Assembly: GCA_964016885.1 (NCBI GenBank)
Contig: OZ024741.1
Span: forward strand, 388,244,001-388,308,000
DNA length: 64,000 bases
Direction of reading: 5' to 3'
Source: Eledone cirrhosa
Taxonomy: Eukaryota
A program made the position numbers and the translations under genes. Below are positions 47,701 through 62,700 of the stretch, in pieces (the first letter of the stretch is position 1; the number at the start of each line of letters is the position of its first letter). The notes beneath the pieces are model-generated. The model was not told where the DNA came from, did no database searches, and saw only the letters and a list, made by a program, of their open reading frames with translations.

Positions 47701-50700
47701 ACACAACCTCACACCACACTGCCATACAACACTAGCTTACACCACAAAATCTCACACCATACTGCCATACAACACTACCTTACACCACACAACCTCACAC
47801 CACTCTGCCATACAACACTACCTTACACCACACAACCTCACACCACACTGCCATACAACAGTACCTTACACCACACAACCTCACACCACACTGCCATACA
47901 ACACTACCTTACACCACACAACCTCACACCACACTGCCATACAACACTACCTTACACCACACAACCTCACACCACACTGCCATACAACACTACCTTACAC
48001 CACACAACCACACACCACTCTGCCATACAACGCTACCTTACACCACACAACCTCACACCACACTGCCATACAACACTACCTTACACCACACAACCTCACA
48101 CCACTCTGCCATACAACACTACCTTACACCACACAACCTCACACCACACTGCCATACAACACTACCTTACACCACACAACCTCACACCACACTGCCATAC
48201 AACACTACCTTACACCACACAACCTCACACCACACTGCCATACAACACTACCTTACACCACACAACCTCACACCACACTGCCATACAACACTACCTTACA
48301 CCACACAACCTCACACCACACTGCCATACAACACTACCTTACACCACACAAACTCACACCACACTGCCATACAACACTACCTTACACCACACAACCTCAC
48401 ACCACACTGCCATACAACACTACCTTACACCACACAACCTCACACCACACTGCCATACAACACTACCTTACACCACACAACCACACACCACACTGCCATA
48501 CAACACTACCTCACACCACACTGCCATACAACACTACCTTACACCACACAAACTCACACCACACTGCCATACAACACTACCTTACACCACACAACCTCAC
48601 ACCACACTGCCATACAACACTACCTTACACAACAAAACCTCACACCACACTGCCATACAACACTACCTTACACCACACAAACTCACACCACACTGCCATA
48701 CAACACTACCTTACACCACACAACCTCACACCACACTGCCATACAACACTACCTTACACCACAAAACCTCACACCACACTGCCATACAACATTACCTTAC
48801 ACCACACAACCTCACACCACACTGCCATACAACATTACCTTACACCACAAAACCTCACACCACACTGCCATACAACATTACCTTACACCACACAACCACA
48901 CACCACACTGCCATACAACACTACCTTACACCACACAACCTCACACCACACTGCCATACAACACTACCTTACACCACACAACCACACACCACTCTGCCAT
49001 ACAACACTACCTTACACCACACAACCACACACCACTCTGCCATACAACACTACCTTACACCACACAACCTCACACCACACTGCCATTCAACACTACCTTA
49101 CACCACACAACCTCACACCACACTGCCATACAACACTACCTTACACCACACAACCTCACACCACACTGCCATACAACACTACCTTACACCACACAACCAC
49201 ACACCACACTGCCATACAAAACTACCTCACACCACACTGCCATACAACACTAACTTACACCACACAACCTCACACCACACTGCCATACAACACTACCTTA
49301 CACCACACAACCTCACACCACACTGCCATACAACACTACCTTACACCACACAACCTCACACCACTCTGCCATACAACACTAAATTACACCACACAACCTC
49401 ACAACACACTGCCATACAACACTACCTTACACAACAAAACCTCACACCCCACTGCCATACAACACTACCTTACACCACACAACCTCACACCACTCTGCCA
49501 TACAACACTACCTTACACCACACAACCTCACACCACACTGCCATACAACACTACCTTACACCACACAACCTCACACCACACTGCCATACAACACTACCTT
49601 ACACCACACAACCTCACACCACACTGCCATACAACACTACCTTACACCACACAACCTCACACCACTCTGCCATACAACACTACCTTACACCACACAACCT
49701 CACACCACACTGCCATACAACACTACCTTACATCACACAACCTCACACCACTCTGCCATACAACACTACCTTACACCACACAACCACACACCACACTGCC
49801 ATACAACACTACCTCACACCACACAACCTCACACCACACTGCCATACAACACTAACTTACACCACACAACCTCACACCACACTGCCATACAACACTACCC
49901 TACACCACACAACCTCACACCACACTGCCATACAACACTACCTTACACCACACAACCACACACCACTCTGCCATACAACGCTACCTCACACCACACAACC
50001 TCACCTCACACTGCCATACAACACTAACTTACACCACACAACCTCACACCACACTGCCATACAACACTACCTTACACCACACAACCACACACCACTCTGC
50101 CATACAACGCTACCTTACACCACACAACCTCACACCACACTGCCATACAACACTACCTTACACCACACAACCTCACACCACACTGCCATACAACACTACC
50201 TTACACCACACAACCTCACACCACACTGCCATACAACACTACCTCACACCACACTGCCATACAACACTACCTTACACCACACTGCCATACAACACTACCT
50301 CACACCACACTGCCATACAACACTACCTCACACCACACTGCCATACAACACTACCTTACACCACACAACCTCACACCACACTGCCATACAACACTACCTT
50401 ACACCACACAACCACACACCACTCTGCCATACAACGCTACCTTACACCACACAACCTCACACCACACTGCCATACAACACTACCTTACACCACACAACCT
50501 CACACCACACTGCCATACAACACTACCTTACACCACACAACCACACACCACACTGCCATACAACACTACCCCACACCACACAACCTCACACCACACTGCC
50601 ATACAACACTAACTTACACCACACAACCTCACACCACACTGCCATACAACACTACCTTACACCACACAACCTCACACCACACTGCCATACAACACTACCT

Positions 50701-53700
50701 TACACCACACAACCTCACACCACTCTGCCATACAACACTACCTTACACCACACAACCTCACACCACTCTGCCATACAACACTACCTTACACCACACAACC
50801 TCACACCATACTGCCATACAACACTACCTTACACCACACAACCTCACACCACACTGCCATACAACACTACCTTACACCACACAACCTCACACCACACTGC
50901 CATACAACACTACCTTACACCACACAACCTCACACCACACTGCCATACAACACTACCTTACACCACAAAACCTCACACCACACTGCCATACAACACTACC
51001 TTACACCACACAACCTCACACCACACTGCCATACAACACTACCTTACACCACACAACCTCACACCACACTGCCATACAACACTACCTTACACCACACAAC
51101 CTCACACCACACTGCCATACAACACTAACTTACACCACAAAACCTCACACCACTCTGCCATACAACACTACCTTACACCACACAACCTCACACCACACTG
51201 CCATACAACAGTACCTTACACCACACAACCTCACACCACACTGCCATACAACACTACCTTACACCACACAACCTCACACCACACTGCCATACAACACTAC
51301 CTTACACCACACAACCTCACACCACACTGCCATACAACACTACCTTACACCACACAACCTCACACCACACTGCCATACAACACTACCTTACACCACACAA
51401 CCACACACCACTCTGCCATACAACGCTACCTTACACCACACAACCTCACACCACACTGCCATACAACACTACCTTACACCACACAACCTCACACCACTCT
51501 GCCATACAACACTACCTTACACCACACAACCTCACACCACACTGCCATACAACACTACCTTACACCACACAACCTCACACCACACTGCCATACAACACTA
51601 CCTTACACCACACAACCTCACACCACACTGCCATACAACACTACCTTACACCACACAACCTCACACCACACTGCCATACAACACTACCTTACACCACACA
51701 ACCTCACACCACACTGCCATACAACACTACCTTACACCACACAAACTCACACCACACTGCCATACAACACTACCTTACACCACACAACCTCACACCACAC
51801 TGCCATACAACACTACCTTACACCACACAACCTCACACCACACTGCCATACAACACTACCTTACACCACACAACCACACACCACACTGCCATACAACACT
51901 ACCTCACACCACACTGCCATACAACACTACCTTACACCACACAAACTCACACCACACTGCCATACAACACTACCTTACACCACACAACGTCACACCACAC
52001 TGCCATACAACACTACCTTACACAACAAAACCTCACACCACACTGCCATACAACACTACCTTACACCACACAAACTCACACCACACTGCCATACAACACT
52101 ACCTTACACCACACAACCTCACACCACACTGCCATACAACACTACCTTACACCACAAAACCTCACACCACACTGCCATACAACACTACCTTACACCACAC
52201 AACCTCACACCACACTGCCATACAACACTACCTTACACCACACAACCTCACACCACACTGCCATACAACACTACCTTACACCACACAACCACACACCACT
52301 CTGCCATACAACACTACCTAACACCACACCACCACACACCACACTGCCATACAAAACTACCTCACACCACACTGCCATACAACACTAACTTACACCACAC
52401 AACCTCACACCACACTGCCATACAACACTACCTTACACCACACAACCTCACACCACACTGCCATACAACACTACCTTACACCACAGAACCTCACACCACA
52501 CTGCCATACAACACTACCTTACACCACACAACCTCACACCACTCTGCCATACAACACTAACTTACACCACACAACCTCACACCACACTGCCATACAACAC
52601 TACCTTACACAACAAAACCTCACACCCCACTGCCATACAACACTACCTTACACCACACAACCTCACACCACTCTGCCATACAACACTACCTTACACCACA
52701 CAACCTCACACCACACTGCCATACAACACTACCTTACACCACACAACCTCACACCACACTGCCATACAACACTACCTTACACCACACAACCTCACACCAC
52801 ACCGCCATACAACACTAACTTACACCACACAACCTCACACCACACTGCCATACAACACTAACTCACACCACACAACCTCACACCACACTGCCATACAACA
52901 CTACCTTACACAACAAAACCTCACACCACACTGCCATACAACACTACCTTACATCACACAACCTCACACCACACTGCCATACAACACTACCTTACACCAC
53001 ACAACCACACACCACTCTGCCATACAACACTACCTTACACCACACAACCACACACCACACTGCCATACAACACTACCTCACACCACACAACCTCACACCA
53101 CACTGCCATACAACACTAACTTACACCACACAACCTCACACCACACTGCCATACAACACTACCCTACACCACACAACCTCACACTCCACTGCCATACAAC
53201 ACTACCATACACCACACAACCTCACACCACACTGCCATACAACACTACCTTACACCACACAACCTCACACCACACTGCCATACAACACTACCTTACACCA
53301 CACAACCACACACCACTCTGCCATACAACGCTACCTTACACCACACAACCTCACACCACACTGCCATACAACACTACCTTACACCACACAACCTCACACC
53401 ACACTGCCATACAACACTACCTTACACCACACAACCTCACACCACACTGCCATACAACACTACCTCACACCACACTGCCATACAACACTACCTTACACCA
53501 CACTGCCATACAACACTACCTCACACCACACTGCCATACAACACTACCTCACACCACACTGCCATACAACACTACCTTACACCACACAACCTCACACCAC
53601 ACTGCCATACAACACTACCTTACACCACACAACCACACACCACTCTGCCATACAACGCTACCTTACACCACACAACCACACACCACTCTGCCATACAACG

Positions 53701-56700
53701 CTACCTTACACCACACAACCACACACCACTCTGCCATACAACGCTACCTTACACCACACAACCTCACACCACACTGCCATACAACACTACCTTACACCAC
53801 ACAACCTCACACCACACTGCCATACAACACTACCTTACACCACAAAACCTCACACCACACTGCCATACAACACTACCTTACACCACACAACCACACACCA
53901 CACTGCCATACAACACTACCTCACACCACACAACCTCACACCACACTGCCATACAACACTAACTTACACCACACAACCTCACACCGCACTGCCATACAAC
54001 ACTACCTTACACCACACAACCTCACACCACACTGCCATACAACACTACCTTACACCACACAACCTCACACCACTCTGCCATACAACACTACCTTACACCA
54101 CAAAACCTCACACCACACTGCCATACAACACTACCTTACACCACACAACCTCACACCACACTGCCATACAACACTACCTTACACCACACAACCTCACACC
54201 ACACTGCCATACAACACTACCTTACACCACACAACCTCACACCACACTGCCATACAACACTACCTTACACCACAAAACCTCACACCACTCTGCCATACAA
54301 CACTACCTTACACCACACAACCTCACACCATACTGCCATACAACACTACCTTACACCACACAACCTCACACCACACTGCCATACAACACTACCTTACACC
54401 ACACAACCTCACACCACACTGCCATACAACACTACCTTACACCACACAACCTCACACCACACTGCCATACAACACTACCTTACACCACACAACCTCACAC
54501 CACACTGCCATACAACACTACCTTACACCACAAAACCTCACACCACACTGCCATACAACACTACCTTACACCACACAACCTCACACCACACTGCCATACA
54601 ACACTACCTTACACCACACAACCTCACACCACACTGCCATACAACACTACCTTACACCACACAACCTCACACCACACTGCCATACAACACTACCTTACAC
54701 CACACAACCTCACACCACACTGCCATACAACACTACCTTACACCACACAACCTCACACCACACTGCCATACAACACTACCTTACACCACACAACCTCACA
54801 CCACACTGCCATACAACACTACCTTACACCACAAAACCTCACACCACACTGCCATACAACACTACCTTACACCACACAACCTCACACCACACTGCCATAC
54901 AACACTACCTTACACCACACAACCTCACACCACTCTGCCATACAACACTACCTTACAACACACAACCTCACACCACTCTGCCATACAACACTATCTTACA
55001 CCACACAAACTCACACCACACTGCCATACAACCACTACCTTACACCACACAACCTCACACCACTCTGCCATACAACACTACCTTACACCACACAACCTCA
55101 CACCACTCTGCCATACAACACTACCTTACAACACACAACCTCACACCACTCTGCCATACAACACTACCTTACACCACACAAACTCACACCACACTGCCAT
55201 ACAACACTACCTTACACCACACAACCTCACACCACTCTGCCATACAACACTACCTTACACCACACAACCTCACACCACTCTGCCATACAACACTACCTTA
55301 CAACACACAACCTCACACCACTCTGCCATACAACACTACCTTACACCACACAAACTCACACCACACTGCCATACAACACTACCTTACACCACACAACCTC
55401 ACACCACTCTGCATACAACACTACCTTACAACACAAAACCTCACACCACTCTGCCATACAACACTACCTTACACCACACAACCTCACACCATACTGCCAT
55501 ACAACACTACCTTACACCACACAACCTCACACCACACTGCCATACAACACTACCTTACACCACACAACCTCACACCACACTGCCATAAAACACTACCTTA
55601 CACCACACAACCTCACACCACACTGCCATACAACACTACCTTACACCACACAACCTCACACCACTCTGCCATACAACACTACCTTACAACACACAACCTC
55701 ACACCACTCTGCCATACAACACTACCTTACACCACACAAACTCACACCACACTGCCATACAACACTACCTTACACCACAAAACCTCACACCACACTGCCA
55801 TACAACACTACCTTACACCACACAACCTCACACCATACTGCCATACAACACTACCTTACACCACACAACCTCACACCACACTGCCATACAACACTACCTT
55901 ACACCACACAACCTCACACCACACTGCCATACAACACTACCTTACACCACACAACCTCACACCACACTGCCATACAACACTACCTTACACCACACAACCT
56001 CACACCACACTGCCATACAACACTACCTTACACCACACAACCTCACACCACACTGCCATACAACACTACCTTACACCACACAACCTCACACCACACTGCC
56101 ATACAACACTACCTTACACCACACAACCTCACACCACACTGCCATACAACACTACCTTACACCACACAACCTCACACCACTCTGCCATACAACACTACCT
56201 TACACCACACAACCTCACACCATACTGCCATACAACACTACCTTACACCACACAACCTCACACCACACTGCCATACAACACTACCTTACACCACACAACC
56301 TCACACCACACTGCCATACAACACTACCTACACCACACAACCTCACACCACACTGCCATACAACACTACCTTACACCACACAACCTCACACCATACTGCC
56401 ATACAACACTACCTTACACCACACAACCTCACACCACTCTGCCATACAACACTACCTTACACCACACAACCACACACCACACTGCCATACAACACTACCT
56501 TACACCACACAACCTCACACCACACTGCCATACAACACTACCTTACACCACACAAACTCACACCACACTGCCATACAACACTACCTTACACCACACAACC
56601 ACACACCACACTGCCATACAACACTACCTCACACCACACTGCCATACAACACTACCTTACACCACACAAACTCACACCACACTGCCATACAACACTACCT

Positions 56701-59700
56701 TACACCACACAACCTCACACCACACTGCCATACAACACTACCTTACACCACACTGCCATACAACACTACCTCACACCACTCTGCCATACAACACTACCTT
56801 ACACAACAAAACCTCACACCACACTGCCATACAACACTATCTTACACCACACAAACTCACACCATACTGACATACAACACTACCTTACACCACACAACCT
56901 CACACCACACTGCCATACAACACTACCTTACACCACACAACCTCACACCACACTGCCATACAACACTACCTTACACCACACAACCTCACACCACACTGCC
57001 ATACAACACTACCTTACACCACAAAACCTCACACCATACTGCCATACAACACTACGTTACACCACACAACCTCACACCACACTGCCATACAACACTACCT
57101 TACACCACACAACCTCACACCACACTGCCATACAACACTACCTTACACCACAAACCTCACACCACACTGCCATACAACACTACCTTACACCACACAACCT
57201 CACACCACACTGCCATACAACACTACCTTACACCACACAACCTCACACCACTCTGCCATACAACACTACCTTACACCACACAACCTCACACCACTCTGCC
57301 ATACAACACTAACTTACACCACACAACCTCACACCACACTGCCATACAACACTACCTTACACCACACAACCTCACACCACACTGCCATACAACACTACCT
57401 TACACCACACAACCTCACACCATACTGCCATACAACACTACCTTACACCACACAACCTCACACCACACTGCCATACAACACTACCTTACACCACACAACC
57501 TCACACCACTCTGCCATACAACACTACCTTACACCACACAACCTCACACCATACTGCCATACAACACTACCTTACACCACACAACCTCACACCACACTGC
57601 CATACAACACTACCTTACACCACACAACCTCACACGACACTGCCATACAACACTACCTTACACCACACAGCCTCACACCATACTGCCATACAACACTACC
57701 TTACACCACACAACCTCACACCCCACTGCCATACAACACTACCTTACACCACAAACCTCACACCACTCTGCCATACAACACTACCTTACACCACACAACC
57801 TCACACCACACTGCCATACAACACTACCTTACACCACACAACCTCACACCACTCTGCCATACAACACTACCTTACACCACACAACCTCACACCATACTGC
57901 CATACAACACTACCTTACACCACACAACCTCACACCACTCTGCCATACAACACTAACTTACACCACACAACCTCACACCACACTGCCATACAACACTACC
58001 TTACACCACACAACCTCACACCACTCTGCCATACAACACTACCTTACACCACACAACCTCACACCACTCTGCCATACAACACTACCTTACACCACACAAC
58101 CTCACACCACACTGCCATACAACACTACCTTACACGACAAAACCTCACACCACACTGCCATACAACACTACCTTACACCACACAACCTCACACCACACTG
58201 CCATACAACACTACCTTACACCACAAAATCTCACACCATACTGCCATACAACACTACCTTACACCACACAACCTCACACCACTCTGCCATACAACACTAC
58301 CTTACACCACACAACCTCACACCACACTGCCATACAACACTACCTTACACGACAAAACCGCACACCACACTGCCATACAACACTACCTTACACCACACAA
58401 CCTCACACCACACTGCCATACAACACTACCTTACACCACAAAATCTCACACCATACTGCCATACAACACTACCTTACACCACACAACCTCACACCACACT
58501 GCCATACAACACTACCTTACACCACACAACCTCACACCACACTGCCATACAACACTACCTTACACCACACAACCTCACACCACACTGCCATACAACACTA
58601 CCTTACACCACACAACCTCACACCACACTGCCATACAACACTACCTTACACCACACAACCTCACACCACTCTGCCATACAACACTACCTTACACCACACA
58701 ACCTCACACCACACTGCCATACAACACTACCTTACACCACACAACCTCACACCACACTGCCATACAATACTACCACACACCACACTGCCATACAACACTA
58801 CCTTACACCACACAACCTCACACCACACTGCCATACAACACTACCTTACAACACAAAACCTCACACCACACTGCCATACAACACTACCTCACACCACACT
58901 GCCATACAACACTACCTTACACCACACAACCTCACACCACACTGCCATACAACACTACCTTACACCACACACCCTCACACCACACTGCCATACAATACTA
59001 CCACACACCACACTGCCATACAACACTACCTTACACCACACAACCTCACACCACACTGCCATACAACACTACCTTACAACACAAAACCTCACACCACACT
59101 GCCATACAACACTACCTTACACCACACAACCTCACACCACACTGCCATACAACACTACCTTACACCACACAACCTCACACCACACTGCCATACAACACTA
59201 CCTTACAACACAAAACCTCACACCACACTGCCATACAACACTACCTTACACCACACAACCTCACACCACACTGCCATACAACACTACCCTACACAACACT
59301 ACCTCACACCACACTGCCATACAACACTACCTTACACCACACAACCTCACACCACACTGCCATACAACACTACCTTACACCACACAACCTCACACCACAC
59401 TGCCATACAACACTACCTTACACCACACAACCTCACACCACACTGCCATACAACACTACCTTACACCACAAAACCTCACACCCCACTGCCATACAACACT
59501 ACCTTACACCACACAACCTCACACCACACTGCCATACAACACTACCTTACACCACACAACCTCACACCACACTGCCATACAACACTACCTTACACCACAC
59601 AACCTCACACCACTCTGCCATACAACACTACCTTACACCACACAACCTCACACCACACTGCCATACAACACTACCTTACACCACACAACCTCACACCACA

Positions 59701-62700
59701 CTGCCATACAATACTACCACACACCACACTGCCATACAACACTACCTTACACCACACAACCTCACACCACACTGCCATACAACACTACCTTACAACACAA
59801 AACCTCACACCCCACTGCCATACAACACTACCTCACACCACACTGCCATACAACACTACCTTACACCACACAACCTCACACCACACTGCCATACAACACT
59901 ACCTTACAACACAAAACCTCACACCACACTGCCATACAACACTACCTCACACCACACTGCCATACAACACTACCTTACACCACACAACCTCACACCACAC
60001 TGCCATACAACACTACCTTACACCACACAACCTCACACCACACTGCCATACAACACTACCTTACACCACACAACCTCACACCACACTGCCATACAACACT
60101 ACCTTACACCACACAACCTCACACCACTCTGCCATACAACACTACTTTACACCACACAACCTCACACCACACTGCCATACAACACTACCTTACACCACAC
60201 AACCTCACACCACACTGCCATACAACACTACCTTACACCACACAACCTCACACCACACTGCCATACAACACTACCTTACACCACACAACCTCAAACCACA
60301 CTGCCATACAACACTACCTTACACCACACTGCCACACAACACTACCTTACACCACACAACCTCACACCACACTGCCATACAACACTACCTTACACCACAC
60401 AACCTCACACCACACTGCCATACAACACTACCTTACACCACACAACCTCACACCACTCTACCATACAACACTACCTTACACCACACAACCTCACACCACA
60501 CTGCCATACAACACTACCTTACACCACACTGCCATACAACACTACCTTACACCACACAACCTCACACCACACTGCCATACAACACTACCTTACACCACAC
60601 AACCTCACACCACACTGCCATACAACACTACCTCACACCACACTGCCATACAACACTACCTTACACCACACAACCTCACACCACACTGCCATACAACACT
60701 ACCTTACACCACACAACCTCACACCACACTGCCATACAACACTACCTCACACCACACTGCCATACAACACTACCTTACACCACACAACCTCACACCACAC
60801 TGCCATACAACACTACCTTACACCACAAAACCTCACACCACACTGCCATACAACACTACCTCACACCACACTGCCATACAACACTACCTTACACCACACA
60901 ACCTCACACCACACTGCCATACAACACTACCTTACACCACACAACCTCACACCACACTGCCATACAACACTACCTTACACCACACAACCTCACACCACAC
61001 TGCCATACAACACTACCTTACACCACACAACCTCACACCACTCTGCCATACAACACTACCTTACACCACACAACCTCACACCACACTGCCATACAACACT
61101 ACCTTACACCACACTGCCATACAACACTACCTTACACCACACAACCTCACACCACACTGCCATACAACACTACCTTACACCACACAACCTCACACCACAC
61201 TGCCATACAACACTACCTCACACCACACTGCCATACAACACTACCTTACACCACACAACCTCACACCACACTGCCATACAACACTACCTTACACCACACA
61301 ACCTCACACACACTGCCATACAACACTACCTCACACCACACTGCCATACAACACTACCTTACACCACACAACCTCACACCACACTGCCATACAACACTAC
61401 CTTACACCACACAACCTCACACCACACTGCCATACAACACTACCTTACACCACACAACCTCACACCACACTGCCATACAACACTACCTTACACCACACAA
61501 CCTCACACCACTCTGCCATACAACACTACCTTACACCACACAACCTCACACCACACTGCCATACAACACTACCTTACACCACACAACCTCACACCACACT
61601 GCCATACAACACTACCTTACACCACACAACCTCACACCACACTGCCATACAACACTACCTTACACCACACAACCTCACACCACACTGCCATACAACACTA
61701 CCTCACACCACACTGCCATACAGCACTACCTTACACCACACAACCTCACACCACACTGCCATACAACACTACCTTACACCACACAACCTCACACCACTCT
61801 GCCATACAACACTACCTTACACCACACAACCTCACACCACACTGCCATACAACACTACCTTACACCACACAACCTCACACCACACTGCCATACAACACTA
61901 CCTTACACCACACAACGTCACACCCCACTGCCATACAACACTACCTTACACCACACAACCTCACACCACTCTGCCATACAACACTACCTTACACCACACA
62001 ACCTCACACCACTCTGCCATACAACACTACCTTACACCACACAACCTCACACCACACTGCCATACAACACTCCCTTACACCACACAACCTCACACGACAC
62101 TGCCATACAACACTACATTGCACCACAAAACCTCACACCCCACTGCCATACAACACTACCTTACACCACACAACCTCACACCACACTGCCATACAACACT
62201 ACCTTACACCACACAACCTCACACCACACTGCCATACAACACTACCTTACACCACAAAACCTCACACGACACTGCCATACAACACTACCTTACACCACAC
62301 AACCTCACACCACACTGCCATACAACACTACCTTACACCACACAACCTCACACCACACTGCCATACAACACTACCTTACACCACAAAACCTCACACCACA
62401 CTGCCATACAACACTACCTTACACCACACAACCTCACACCACACTGCCATACAACACTACCTTACACCAGACAACCTCACACCACTCTGCCATACAACAC
62501 TACCTTACACCACACAACCTCACACCACTCTGCCATACAACACTACCTTACACCACAAAACCCCACACCACTATGCCATACGACACTACCTTACACCACA
62601 CAACCTCACACCACACTGCCATACAACACTACCTTACACCACACAACCTCACACCACACTGCCATACAACACTACCTTACACCACAAAACCCCACACCAC

